Below the pieces are notes generated by a model. The model worked only from the letters and a program-made list of their open reading frames with translations. It was not told the origin of the DNA and made no database searches. A stretch of 64,000 nt of DNA from Candidatus Magasanikiibacteriota bacterium (GTDB lineage Bacteria > Patescibacteriota > Patescibacteriia > Magasanikbacterales > UBA922): positions 92,544-156,543 of the forward strand of contig WJJZ01000010.1 in assembly GCA_014729395.1 (NCBI GenBank), read 5' to 3'. Shown here one piece after another: positions 18,354 through 30,005 of this stretch. The position numbers were made by a program, and so were the translations under genes. The stretch's first letter is position 1; each line of letters begins with the position of its first letter.

Positions 18354-18355
18354 TC

Positions 18356-20155
18356 ATGAAAAACTATACAAATAAAATCAGAAACTTCTGCATAATCGCC
18401 CACATTGATCATGGAAAATCGACTCTGGCCGATCGTTTTTTGGAGTTAACCGAGACTGTGGATAAAAGAAAAATGAAAAAACAAATACTTGATCAAATGG
18501 AACTGGAGCAAGAAAGAGGTATTACAATCAAACTGCAACCGGTTAGAATGAAATATAAAGAACAAATTCTCAACCTTATAGATACACCCGGACATGTTGA
18601 TTTCACTTACGAAGTTTCAAGATCCCTGGCTGCGGTGGAGGGAGCAATTTTACTGGTTGACGCAACCCAGGGTGTTCAAGCTCAAACCATTGGCAATCTC
18701 TATCTGGCCTTGGAGCAAGATCTGGCCATCATTCCCGTATTAAACAAAATAGACCTGCCAAATGCGGATGTGGAAAAAACAAGTGCTGAAATAATTCACT
18801 TATTGGGTTGTAAAAAAGATGAAATACTTACCTGTTCTGCTAAAACCGGAGAAGGTATAGAGCATGTCCTGGATGCTGTGGTTGAAAAAATTCCCGAGCC
18901 AAAAAATCTAAGCAAAAATAAAACTCGCGCTTTGATTTTCGATTCTTTTTATGATGATTACAGGGGTGTTATAGCCTCCGTAAGGATAATTGATGGAGGT
19001 CTTAACAAAAAAGAAAAAATAAAATTTATGGGAACCGGTGCTGAAGCTGAGGTGTTGGACATAGGCTACTATTCGCCGACTTTAATTTCAGGCCACGATC
19101 TGGAAAATGGTCAAATTGGATTTGTCGTAACCGGCTTAAAAGAATTGGATGAAGTCCGAGTTGGTGATACCATTACCGGAATTGATAATCCGGCGCAAAA
19201 ACCCCTTCCCGGTTATAAAGAAGTAAAGCCTATGGTATTTGCCGGGATTTTTCCCAAAGAAGGTGATGATTATTCGGCCCTGCGTGACTCCATGGACAAA
19301 CTTAAATTAAATGATTCATCTCTTTACTACGAACCCGAACAATCCAAAGCTCTTGGTTTTGGATTTCGTTGCGGTTTTTTGGGTATGCTGCATTTGGATA
19401 TTTTTCAGGAACGCCTAAAAAGAGAGTTTGGACTTCATATTGTAGCCACTGTTCCCAGCGTCGCTTACAAAGTGTATTTAACTGATAATGAAAAAATCAC
19501 AGTAAAAAGTCCGCAAGATTTACCCGAGGTTCAAAAAATCGATTATATTGAAGAACCGATTATGAATGTAGATATCATAACACCGGAAGAATTTATTGGA
19601 AATGTTATGAATCTGGTTACTGAAAGAAAAGGAAGATATCTTAATACTGAATACCTAAGCGCCGGTTCACACCAAAGAGCCATGCTCCACTATGAAATAC
19701 CACTGGCTTCGCTTATAACCGATTTTTATGATAAACTAAAAACAGTAACGAGCGGTTATGCATCGTTAAATTATGAATTCAAAAAATACGAAAAATCGGA
19801 AATTGTAAAAATGGATATTTTAATAGCGGATGAACCTATTGAGGCTTTATCTACTCTGGTATGGAAGGATGAATCATTTAAAATTGGTAAAAAAATTGTC
19901 AGTTCCCTCAAGGAAACACTCCCGCGACAACAATTTGTACTAAAAATCCAAGCTGCCATTGGTGGAAAAATTATTGCCGCAGAAAGATTGAGTGCACTAA
20001 GAAAAGACGTTACGGCAAAACTTTATGGTGGGGATGTAACAAGAAAAAGAAAATTGCTTGAAAAACAAAAAAAAGGCAAGAAAAAAATGCTTGCAAGAGG
20101 CAAAGGAAAAGTTGATATTCCAACAGAAGCATATTTGTCAGTATTAAAACGATAA
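18356..20155 (+). CDS. lepA: Elongation factor 4 (LepA)
   Basis: GTPase G1 motif (AHIDHGKST), DTPGHVDF and the LepA C-terminal domain. 599 aa. Confidence 0.95.
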   Translation: MKNYTNKIRNFCIIAHIDHGKSTLADRFLELTETVDKRKMKKQILDQMELEQERGITIKLQPVRMKYKEQILNLIDTPGHVDFTYEVSRSLAAVEGAILLVDATQGVQAQTIGNLYLALEQDLAIIPVLNKIDLPNADVEKTSAEIIHLLGCKKDEILTCSAKTGEGIEHVLDAVVEKIPEPKNLSKNKTRALIFDSFYDDYRGVIASVRIIDGGLNKKEKIKFMGTGAEAEVLDIGYYSPTLISGHDLENGQIGFVVTGLKELDEVRVGDTITGIDNPAQKPLPGYKEVKPMVFAGIFPKEGDDYSALRDSMDKLKLNDSSLYYEPEQSKALGFGFRCGFLGMLHLDIFQERLKREFGLHIVATVPSVAYKVYLTDNEKITVKSPQDLPEVQKIDYIEEPIMNVDIITPEEFIGNVMNLVTERKGRYLNTEYLSAGSHQRAMLHYEIPLASLITDFYDKLKTVTSGYASLNYEFKKYEKSEIVKMDILIADEPIEALSTLVWKDESFKIGKKIVSSLKETLPRQQFVLKIQAAIGGKIIAAERLSALRKDVTAKLYGGDVTRKRKLLEKQKKGKKKMLARGKGKVDIPTEAYLSVLKR

Positions 20156-20343
20156 CATTGATTACACAGATTATTAAAGCTTGCACAGATAAGTGTCTAA
20201 GTATATTCCATGTAATCAATGTTTAATCCATGTAATCTATGACTCTATGAAAAAAAATAAATTCAAAACTTTGTGGATAATTATTAGTATGCTGGCAATT
20301 TTGGGAATGCTTTTTTTCACAATTATGCCCGCATTTTATTAAA

Positions 20344-20766
20344 ATGAATATAAAAAAATTTTTTTCATCCCCATATCATGTAATGTCGCCACACCATCAT
20401 TATCAGATGACTGTAATTTTTTTGTTTGTATTTGGTTTTTTCTTGGTAATTCCTTATTATCAATTGGTCAATATTTTGCAATATGATATTCAGACCTGGC
20501 AATGGTATTTTTTCTGGCCATGGCTTATCTTTTATTGTCTATATTGTTTGGTACAAAGATCAAAAATAACTCGCAAAGAAATGCTGAATCCACTGAAAAG
20601 ACCGATTATGCACTGGGTACTGCTAGGAATCACAATAGTCCTGATACATACGCAAAAAGAGACTAATTTGACAGATATTTATTCTCTTGATATTGCTTTT
20701 AGCGTCTTTAGTTTATTTTTGGCGGATTCATACTGGGATTTTAAGAAAATTAATCTATTTAAGTGA
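20344..20766 (+). CDS. Hypothetical small membrane protein
   Basis: 140-aa ORF with several hydrophobic, Trp-rich segments. A 31-aa hydrophobic ORF (20249-20343) precedes it. Confidence 0.4.
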   Translation: MNIKKFFSSPYHVMSPHHHYQMTVIFLFVFGFFLVIPYYQLVNILQYDIQTWQWYFFWPWLIFYCLYCLVQRSKITRKEMLNPLKRPIMHWVLLGITIVLIHTQKETNLTDIYSLDIAFSVFSLFLADSYWDFKKINLFK

Positions 20767-22541
20767 TTATGGATAAAATCTGGAAGGTGTTGCCTGATCC
20801 GCCGGAAGAATTTTACAAACAATTTCCTGAATTGCCTAAAGTAGTAGCGCAACTTCTTTATCATCGAAATATAAAAACACAAAAAAAAATCGATGAATTT
20901 TTGAATCCGGATTATTCACAAGATGTTCATGATCCATATCTTTTTAAAGATATGAAAAAAGCGGTTGATAGAATTTTAAAGGCGGTAAAAAAACAAGAAA
21001 AAATTACAATTCATGGTGACTATGATGCGGATGGAGTATCAGCTTCAGTAATTCTGGAATCCACCTTGAACAGTTTGGGTTTAGAAAATGTTGAAGTATT
21101 TTTACCCCATCGTGAAACCGATGGATATGGATTGAATGAAAACACAATAAATATTCTTTCTAAAAATGGTACAAATTTATTGATTACCTGCGACTGTGGA
21201 ATCAGCAATAAACAAGAGATAGAACTGGCTATAAAAAAAGGAATGGACGTAATTATAACTGACCATCATGATGTACCCGAGGAAATACCGCCAGCCCACG
21301 CAATCATACATCCTAAAATTAAAGATGAAAAATACCCTGATAAAAACCTGGCCGGTGGTGCGGTCGCTTTTAAGCTGGCACAGGGTTTGTTGCAAAAACA
21401 CGGTCAAACGAATTCCAAATTGGCAAATGGAGAGGAACATGAAGCTTTTGAAAAATGGCTATTGGATATGGTTGCCCTCGCCTCAGTAGCAGATATGGTC
21501 CCACTTGTCGGCGAATCTCGCACCCTTACAAAATATGGCTTAATAGTATTAAACAAAACAAAAAGATTGGGTTTACAAAAGCTCCTTTTGGAAGCCAGAC
21601 TTTTGAATGAAGACGGATCAAAAAAATACGAACTTGATGCGGATAAAATTGCTTTTCAAATTGCCCCCAGAATAAATGCTGCCGGTCGCATGAATCACGC
21701 TAATGTAGCCTACAAATTATTGATGACGGAAAAAGGTACGGATGCAATAGATTTGGCCTATGAATTGGACCAAAATAACAAGGAAAGACAAAAATTGACC
21801 GACCTTTTGGTAAAAGAAGCTATAAAACAAATAGAAAAAAACCAAAAAAATAATCCGATATTATTTGTAACCGGACATGGTTGGTCTACCGGTATTGTCG
21901 GTTTGATTGCCAGTAAAATAAAAGAAATGTATTATAAACCGACATTGGTTATGGCGGTAAACGATGGAGAAATAACCGGTTCTGGCCGGAGCATCGAAGG
22001 CTTTAATTTGATCGAGGCGATGCAAGAGATGCCGGATTTTTTTAAAAAATTCGGGGGTCATCCCATGGCCTGTGGTTTTACTCTAAAAGAAGATCCCGAT
22101 TCTTTTCGGCAAGCATTAATAAACAAATATAATGAAAAATGCAAAGGAAAAACACTTCTTCCCATTTTATCAATTGACACCGAAATTAATCTTGATGATG
22201 TGAATTGGGATCTATATGACGTGCTCGACAAATTTAAACCGTTTGGCAAGGATAATGAAAAGCCAAAATATTTAGCCCGAGGCTTAACAATTACAAGTTT
22301 TGAACCGGTCGGTAAAGACGGCAAGCATATGCGTATTATGGTCAAGCATAACAGCGCCAAAGTAAGAAAAACTATCGGTTGGAGGCTTTGTGATGACAAT
22401 AGCGACGGCCCCAACTGGTGCAAAGAGTTAAAAGCCGGTGATAAAATTGATATGGTGTTTGAAATAGATGTAAATGAATGGAATGGAAACAGGGAGTTGC
22501 AACTAACCATAGTTGATATAAAGAAAAGTGAGATTATATAA
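20763..22541 (+). CDS. recJ: Single-stranded-DNA-specific exonuclease RecJ
   Basis: DHH motifs (ITIHGDYDADGVSA and ITDHH) and a DHHA1 domain (GGHPMACG). 592 aa. Confidence 0.9.
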   Translation: MIMDKIWKVLPDPPEEFYKQFPELPKVVAQLLYHRNIKTQKKIDEFLNPDYSQDVHDPYLFKDMKKAVDRILKAVKKQEKITIHGDYDADGVSASVILESTLNSLGLENVEVFLPHRETDGYGLNENTINILSKNGTNLLITCDCGISNKQEIELAIKKGMDVIITDHHDVPEEIPPAHAIIHPKIKDEKYPDKNLAGGAVAFKLAQGLLQKHGQTNSKLANGEEHEAFEKWLLDMVALASVADMVPLVGESRTLTKYGLIVLNKTKRLGLQKLLLEARLLNEDGSKKYELDADKIAFQIAPRINAAGRMNHANVAYKLLMTEKGTDAIDLAYELDQNNKERQKLTDLLVKEAIKQIEKNQKNNPILFVTGHGWSTGIVGLIASKIKEMYYKPTLVMAVNDGEITGSGRSIEGFNLIEAMQEMPDFFKKFGGHPMACGFTLKEDPDSFRQALINKYNEKCKGKTLLPILSIDTEINLDDVNWDLYDVLDKFKPFGKDNEKPKYLARGLTITSFEPVGKDGKHMRIMVKHNSAKVRKTIGWRLCDDNSDGPNWCKELKAGDKIDMVFEIDVNEWNGNRELQLTIVDIKKSEII

Positions 22542-22580
22542 ATAATTTTTATTAAGTCTACCTTTTGTGTAAAGGCGTTT

Positions 22581-22652
22581 GTCATTCCCGCGAAGGCGGG
22601 AATCCAGGAGAACGGACTTCGCAGACTGGATCCCCGCCTTCGCGGGAATGAC
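22581..22652. repeat. GC-rich nested-palindrome repeat, copy 1 (GTCATTCCCGCGAAGGCGGGAATCCAG ... CTGGATCCCCGCCTTCGCGGGAATGAC)
   Basis: 27-bp arms with an 18-nt loop, and each arm is itself palindromic. Lies between recJ and the DUF523 gene. The minus-strand ORF 22058-22654 that covers it is spurious. Confidence 0.85.
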
Positions 22653-22708
22653 ATATTCTAATGTAATTAACTTCAACTCTACTTATTATCTATATAATTT
22701 AAAATAAC

Positions 22709-23128
22709 ATGAAAATTGCTGTTAGTGCCTGTTTGCTTGGAGTAAATTGCAGATATAATGGAAAAGCAAAAGGGTATAAAAAAATTTTAGACTTGGCAAA
22801 AAATAATACTTTAATTCCTGTATGCCCAGAACAACTGGCAGGTCTACCCACACCCCGCGAGGCAGCTGAAAATCTTGGAGAAAATGTTGTTACCAAGAGT
22901 GGGAAGAATTTAACAAGTGAATTCAAAAAAGGTGCAACAGAAGCATTAAGATTAATACAAATCACCGGATGTAAAAAAGTCATTCTCAAAGAACGCTCGC
23001 CTTCATGTGGTTCTCATAAAGTCTATGACGGAACTTTTTCTAATAGCCTAAGAGATGGAAATGGGGTATTCGCAAAATTATTAAAACAAAATAATATAGA
23101 AGTGTTATCAGAAGAAGATCTTAATTAA
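22709..23128 (+). CDS. DUF523 family protein (TudS/YbbK-like)
   Basis: N-terminal MKIAVSACLLGVNCRYNG with a conserved Cys cluster. 139 aa. Confidence 0.65.
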   Translation: MKIAVSACLLGVNCRYNGKAKGYKKILDLAKNNTLIPVCPEQLAGLPTPREAAENLGENVVTKSGKNLTSEFKKGATEALRLIQITGCKKVILKERSPSCGSHKVYDGTFSNSLRDGNGVFAKLLKQNNIEVLSEEDLN

Positions 23129-23146
23129 ATTCATTTTACAAGGCGT

Positions 23147-23554
23147 ATGAAAAAACTGATAATTTTTTCTGATGGCGGGGCCAGGGGAAACCCGGGTCCG
23201 GCTGCTATTGGTGTTGTTATAAAAGATGAAAATGGCAACACAGTCTCCAGCTACGGTGATTACCTGGGCGAACAGACTAATAATTTTGCTGAATATTCGG
23301 CTATTATTTCCGGCCTGGAAAGAGCCAAGGATATGGAAGCAGAAGAAGTGGAATGTTTTGTTGACAGTAAACTGGTTTGTGAACAATTAAACGGTAACTG
23401 GAAAGTCAAAGAAGCGACTTTACAAAAATTATTTGTTAAGGCTTGGAACCTAATGCAGGGATTTAAAAAAATAAGTATCAAGCATACTTACCGAGAAGGA
23501 AACAAAGAGGCGGATGCGGAGGTGAATAAAATATTAGATAAACAGGCTTTATGA
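23147..23554 (+). CDS. rnhA: RNase H type 1 (RNase HI-like)
   Basis: Catalytic residues in DGGARGNPG, AEY and DSKLV, plus a C-terminal REGN..AD. 135 aa. Confidence 0.8.
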   Translation: MKKLIIFSDGGARGNPGPAAIGVVIKDENGNTVSSYGDYLGEQTNNFAEYSAIISGLERAKDMEAEEVECFVDSKLVCEQLNGNWKVKEATLQKLFVKAWNLMQGFKKISIKHTYREGNKEADAEVNKILDKQAL

Positions 23555-23967
23555 AAATAGCACTTTGTTACAGTATGCAATACGCAGAAAAAGCAAAGGA
23601 GGTTCAAGATTGGTTCAAAAATCAAGGGCACGAAGCTTTCACCACCGGATTCAACAAAGAATTCATTGGATTAAACGATGAAGAAAAAGAAAGCTTAAAA
23701 TTAGAACAAAAATACGAACAAGACGCCATGCGAGAACATTGGAGTACCATCAAAAATAGCGATGCTATTCTAGTTTTAAATTATGAAAAACATGGTATAC
23801 CCGGATATATTGGCGGAAATAGTTTTTTAGAAATGGGCTGGGCCTATATTCTAAAAAAACCAATCTATCTTCTTAATCCAATCCCAAAAATACCTTATTA
23901 TGAAACAGAAATTATTGCTATGAAGCCGACGGTAATTCACGGTGACTTTTCTAAAATAATTAAATAA
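23551..23967 (+). CDS. Nucleoside 2-deoxyribosyltransferase-like (NDT/DNPH1-like, flavodoxin-fold) protein
   Basis: SDAILVLN...GGNSFLEMGWAYILKKPIYLL matches the NDT-family D.GT.FE.G.A.A.GKP motif. Its start overlaps the rnhA stop (ATGA), so the two are translationally coupled. Confidence 0.5.
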   Translation: MKIALCYSMQYAEKAKEVQDWFKNQGHEAFTTGFNKEFIGLNDEEKESLKLEQKYEQDAMREHWSTIKNSDAILVLNYEKHGIPGYIGGNSFLEMGWAYILKKPIYLLNPIPKIPYYETEIIAMKPTVIHGDFSKIIK

Positions 23968-24058
23968 ATTATAAAAATAAAATTTCTAAAATCCGTATAA
24001 AAATTTTATAAAGTTGATCTTGACACGCTCTTAAAAAAAGACTTATACTTTATAGACT

Positions 24059-24412
24059 ATGAACGAAGAAAAAATTATTGAAAAATTAAGTGAGCACGAC
24101 AGGAGGTTTGATGAACACGACAAAAGATTCGACGAGCACGACAGGAGGTTTGATGAAGTTGATAAAACTATGGACGTTTTAGCTATCAGAATCCTTGAAA
24201 ATCGAGAAGAAATTATAAAAATTAGAAAAGAAATGGCTACGAAAAAAGACATTAATGACATAAATAATACTCTGGATATTATATTAAAGCAATTAATTAA
24301 AATGGAGCAAGAAAACGTATTTGGTGGAAAGAGATTAGGAAGAGCGGAAAAACAACTGGAAAAACATGAAAAAGAAATAGCAGATATAAAAATTCAACTT
24401 CAGACAGGCTAA
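24059..24412 (+). CDS. Coiled-coil protein with three tandem HD(R/K)RFDE heptads (a 21-nt DNA repeat)
   Basis: Own promoter (TTGACA-17-TTATACT at 24020-24050). The antisense ORF 24043-24261 is spurious. Confidence 0.5.
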   Translation: MNEEKIIEKLSEHDRRFDEHDKRFDEHDRRFDEVDKTMDVLAIRILENREEIIKIRKEMATKKDINDINNTLDIILKQLIKMEQENVFGGKRLGRAEKQLEKHEKEIADIKIQLQTG

Positions 24413-24447
24413 ATAACTTCAATAAAAAGACTCGCCTTTTTGGCGGG

Positions 24448-25554
24448 TTATTTAATTTCATTGCCTAATTCTGATAAAAGCTTTTTTGCCTTGCGACTTA
24501 CTCTCTTTGGCACATCCACTATCACTTTCACATATTGATCCCCTCTTCCGCTTCTGTTTAATCTGGGTACACCTAGATTTTTCAACTTAAACTGCTGATG
24601 TGATTGTGTCCCGGCGGGAATAACCAATTTTTTATCCCCATCCAAAGTTTCAATTTCAATTTTATCTCCCAAAACAGCCTGTGAATATGAAATATGCTCT
24701 TCTGTATAAATATCAAACCCTTGGCGTTTGAACTTGGGATCTTCCTTTACATGAACTCTTACATAAAGATCGCCGGGATTGCCATTTATTCCGGCACTCT
24801 CCCCTTTTCCGGCCAAACGAATCGCTTCACCATTATTTATACCGGCCGGAATTTTTACACTGTATTTTGATTCGCTTCTTACTCGTCCATCACCGCCGCA
24901 ATGCTTACAGCTTTTTTCCGGTATCTCACCTTGACCACCACAATCGGGACAATTGGCTACCGACTGCATGGCGCCTAAAATAGTTTGTTGGACTCTCCTC
25001 ACCTGACCTTGACCTTTGCAAGTATCACATTTATTCATTTTGCTCCCCGGTTCAACCCCTGAACCGGTACAGACATCGCAATTATTATTTTTGGTCAATC
25101 TGATTTCCTTTTCAGTACCAAAAACGGCCTCTTTAAAATCAAGCTGAATATCCACTTGAATATCACTACCTCTGTTTCTGCTTCGACCCCGAGAACGACC
25201 GCCAAAACCAAACATATCACCGAACAAATCACCCAAGTCTATACCGCCAAAATCGAAATTTACATTTTGAAAACCACCTCCACCTCCTCGAGCAGCCCGC
25301 ATAAAATCATCCCAACTGGCACCACCGCCAAAACCGCCCTGCTGATCAAAAGTAGAGCCGAACTGATCGTACTGCTTGCGTTTCTCTTCATTCCCAACCA
25401 CTTGAAAAGCTTCATTTACTTCCTTAAACTTTTCTTCATCGCCATCCGGCTTATCCGGATGATATTTGTGAGCAAGTTTTCTAAAAGCTTTTTTTATTTC
25501 ATCTTGCGAGGCGCTTTTTTCTACACCGAGAATTTTATAATAATCTTTAGACAT
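24448..25554 (-). CDS. dnaJ: Chaperone DnaJ
   Basis: J domain with HPD (YYKILGV...HKYHPDK), a G/F-rich region and four CxxCxGxG zinc-finger repeats. Confidence 0.95.
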   Translation of the reverse strand: MSKDYYKILGVEKSASQDEIKKAFRKLAHKYHPDKPDGDEEKFKEVNEAFQVVGNEEKRKQYDQFGSTFDQQGGFGGGASWDDFMRAARGGGGGFQNVNFDFGGIDLGDLFGDMFGFGGRSRGRSRNRGSDIQVDIQLDFKEAVFGTEKEIRLTKNNNCDVCTGSGVEPGSKMNKCDTCKGQGQVRRVQQTILGAMQSVANCPDCGGQGEIPEKSCKHCGGDGRVRSESKYSVKIPAGINNGEAIRLAGKGESAGINGNPGDLYVRVHVKEDPKFKRQGFDIYTEEHISYSQAVLGDKIEIETLDGDKKLVIPAGTQSHQQFKLKNLGVPRLNRSGRGDQYVKVIVDVPKRVSRKAKKLLSELGNEIK

Positions 25555-25579
25555 AAATCAATTAGCAACTAACAACGTT

Positions 25580-25658
25580 TCATTCCCGCGAAGGCGGGGG
25601 TCCAGGCACAAGGCGCATTAATTACTTAATTCTGGATTCCCGCCTTCGCGGGAATGAC
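25580..25658. repeat. GC-rich nested-palindrome repeat, copy 2, immediately upstream of dnaJ
   Basis: Same 27-bp arms as copy 1 with a 25-nt loop. A (TTGTTAG)x4 tandem repeat follows at 25674-25702. Confidence 0.85.
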
Positions 25659-25708
25659 ATCATTGAATGTTTATTGTTAGTTGTTAGTTGTTAGTTGTTA
25701 GTTTAGTA

Positions 25709-26296
25709 TTATTTAAACTTGACCAGAATCTCTCTATCCTTCTCAATAAACTTAATCAACCTCTCTACAATCTGACGAGCATTATCTTCAGTCGCTCTTT
25801 TAAATTCTTCCGTTTCAACCGACTCAATCGCCGAAGTTCTAATTTTTTCATAGGCCTCGTTGTAGCCATCATCATTATCAAAAACTCTTTTTAGGACTCC
25901 CTGATTATTTTCCATCTGAATCCCATTTTTTATCTCTACGCTGTTTATTTCTGTATGTGGTAATTTAATGGTAATTTTTTCTTCGGTGACCTCAACATCG
26001 TCTTCAGTTAATTTTGCCAAATCCACTCCGGCTCCTACTTCAACAATGCCGCGTGCAGTAATATCCTGCCCCCAAAAAATATCTTTCCAAGCACTGCCGG
26101 TGGATTTATCTATATTTACTTCCTGATTTAAAATAAAACTCTGGCTAACCAAAAAACCCTCGTTTTTAAGTCCGGTAACAATTGTCTGCTTTGTAATCAC
26201 TTCTTGGGATTCTTTCGGACTCCAAATAACATTCCCCAAATACAGTCCCAAAGCAAAAACAATGACCAAGCCTCCAAGTATAAAATATTTTCTCAT
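25709..26296 (-). CDS. Hypothetical membrane-anchored protein
   Basis: 195 aa with an N-terminal TM segment (ILGGLVIVFALGLYLG). Confidence 0.55.
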   Translation of the reverse strand: MRKYFILGGLVIVFALGLYLGNVIWSPKESQEVITKQTIVTGLKNEGFLVSQSFILNQEVNIDKSTGSAWKDIFWGQDITARGIVEVGAGVDLAKLTEDDVEVTEEKITIKLPHTEINSVEIKNGIQMENNQGVLKRVFDNDDGYNEAYEKIRTSAIESVETEEFKRATEDNARQIVERLIKFIEKDREILVKFK

Positions 26297-26308
26297 ATTT
26301 AAAACTTA

Positions 26309-26620
26309 TTATTTCTTTTTTACAGTTCCCCTAATTTCTTTAGTTTTCTCATTTCTAATTTCCTGCATTATTTCATCATACAATTGACGATCTTCGTCTG
26401 TTATTTCCACCTTTTTATTATAGGGCGAACCATCATTGGGCAGCCATTCTTCTTCACCAAGCTTCTCGTATACAGACATAATATCTTCCTTCAATTCATC
26501 TCTTGTGGCATACTGACTTGAAACCGCAATGTGGCATGTAGGGCAATAACCGTGGGAGGTAATACTTGTATCCCCTTCTCTCGTCGTTATTCTACCACAA
26601 TTGATACAGACAACTTTCAT
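26309..26620 (-). CDS. Zinc-ribbon protein (CxxC...CxxC) with an acidic C-terminus
   Basis: Has CINCG and CPTC Cys pairs. 103 aa. Sits between dnaK and dnaJ. Confidence 0.55.
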   Translation of the reverse strand: MKVVCINCGRITTREGDTSITSHGYCPTCHIAVSSQYATRDELKEDIMSVYEKLGEEEWLPNDGSPYNKKVEITDEDRQLYDEIMQEIRNEKTKEIRGTVKKK

Positions 26621-26679
26621 AATGAAAAATTAAAATTAAATAACTACCCCCGAAATTCGGAGGTAGATAAATTTAATCA

Positions 26680-28692
<2,013 letters not shown>

Positions 28693-28754
28693 TTATTTAT
28701 TAAGTAATAAATTATGTGAATTAATTTTATAAATATGTTTAATAAAAGACCTTT

Positions 28755-28826
28755 GTCATTCCCGCGAAGGCGGGAATCCAGGAAAACGGACTTTGCATAC
28801 TGGATTCCCGCCTTCGCGGGAATGAC
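28755..28826. repeat. GC-rich nested-palindrome repeat, copy 3, upstream of dnaK
   Basis: Same 27-bp arms with an 18-nt loop. Confidence 0.85.
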
Positions 28827-28944
28827 ACAATTTAAGTAAATTTGATACACAAAAGTTGTCAATTATCATCTCCCGAGTCTTATCTTTGTTTTATCACCAA
28901 AGAATTACCTGATTTTTTAATGTCAAAAATGTATTTTATAGGTT

Positions 28945-29400
28945 CTATCTCCTCACCAAATATCTCAAACTTACAAATAATATAATCAAACCTATCCATT
29001 TCAGTACCATCTTTAAAACTTCATTACGAATTAAAGTTTTCTTAGAACTACTATAAACAACGTCAAACTTTTGAGCACTCTGATATTTAAAAACCGTATT
29101 TTCCTGACCTTCTTTGTAGTCACTTATATTGTATTCAACCTTGATATTTTTACCCGAAGCTGAGGCCTTTTTTATCAATTAACTATTTATGGATACTACA
29201 TTATTCTCATCAACGGATGTCTCAACTAATACCAAAATCTTATTTTTATTTATTTGGAGTCCTTTATAAAAATAATAGTAATAACCAACTAAAAAGAGAA
29301 TAACACTAAAAACCAACAAACCAAAAGCTAACCAATGATACCTAATAGTAAAATTGCCTTTTTCTCAAATATCAATTCCTCTATTTATCAAACCACCATC
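28945..29400 (-). pseudogene. Decayed gene remnant for a small membrane protein, with a frameshift and an in-frame stop
   Basis: The minus-strand frames encode MDGGLINRGIDI*, then ...RYHWLAFGLLVFSVILFLVGYYYY...SINS*, then LIKKASASGKNIKVEY...LVRR. Adjacent fragments lie in the same orientation and are interrupted by stops. Confidence 0.3.
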
Positions 29401-29486
29401 CATACTTATTAATTAACCCCTCATTCCTTGACTCGTCGGTTGTATAGACCAACAAGTCAAGTCAGAGCAATTAATCACCCAAATTA

Positions 29487-29933
29487 TTACTTCTTTTCTT
29501 TTTTACTTATTCTTACTTGTACTTTCTTGGCCTTGCTTGGTTCTGCCTTTGGACAAGTAATTTTTAATACTCCATCTTCAAATTCCGCTTTTATCTTATC
29601 TTCTTTTACCGGAGCGGGAAGCGCAACTTGTCGGTAGAAAGAACCGCTACGCATTTCTTTTCTGTAGTAATTTTTTTCTTCCACTTCGTGCTCTTTTTTG
29701 CTTTCTCCTTGAAGAGTCAAAACACCCTTCTCTACGCTTACATCCACATCTTCCGGTCTGATTCCGGCCAACGGTGCCTCGATCACCACGTTATTTTTTT
29801 CTTCATAAACATCTATTGCCGGTACAAAACCTTTCTGCATAGTGGATTTATTATAATTTGATGGAAGACGATTCATCATAGCTTCCATCTCTTCAAAAGG
29901 GTCCCAATTTGGTGACCAACGTATTAGTGACAT
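29487..29933 (-). CDS. Small heat-shock protein (Hsp20/alpha-crystallin family)
   Basis: Alpha-crystallin domain (AIDVYEEKNNVVIEAPLAGIRPEDVDVSVEKGVLTLQGE...FEDGVLKITCPK). A strong SD (GGGAGG) is present. Confidence 0.9.
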   Translation of the reverse strand: MSLIRWSPNWDPFEEMEAMMNRLPSNYNKSTMQKGFVPAIDVYEEKNNVVIEAPLAGIRPEDVDVSVEKGVLTLQGESKKEHEVEEKNYYRKEMRSGSFYRQVALPAPVKEDKIKAEFEDGVLKITCPKAEPSKAKKVQVRISKKEKK

Positions 29934-29946
29934 ATGGATTTCCTCC

Positions 29947-29977
29947 CGTTAACACGTGATCGTTTAATCACGGTTAA
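29947..29977. promoter_or_regulatory. Near-perfect palindrome GTTAACACGTGATCG-TTTAATCACGGTTAAC directly upstream of the hsp20 RBS; candidate operator
   Basis: Read from the sequence: arms of 12-13 nt with one indel, positioned between the likely promoter and the SD. Confidence 0.4.
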
Positions 29978-30005
29978 CTTTTTTAAAAATAAATAAAAAT
30001 TTAAT

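Noticed and set aside
20160-20345. Short direct repeats (ccatgtaatc twice; acacagat/gcacagata) downstream of lepA.
   Set aside because: They are very short, AT-rich and within an ordinary intergenic region containing a 31-aa hydrophobic ORF. Insufficient to call a feature.
22058-22654. 198-aa minus-strand ORF (MSFPRRRGSSLRS...).
   Set aside because: It is antisense to the recJ 3' end. Its N-terminus is simply the translation of the GC-rich palindromic repeat (SFPRRRGS from cccgcgaaggcggg). Spurious.
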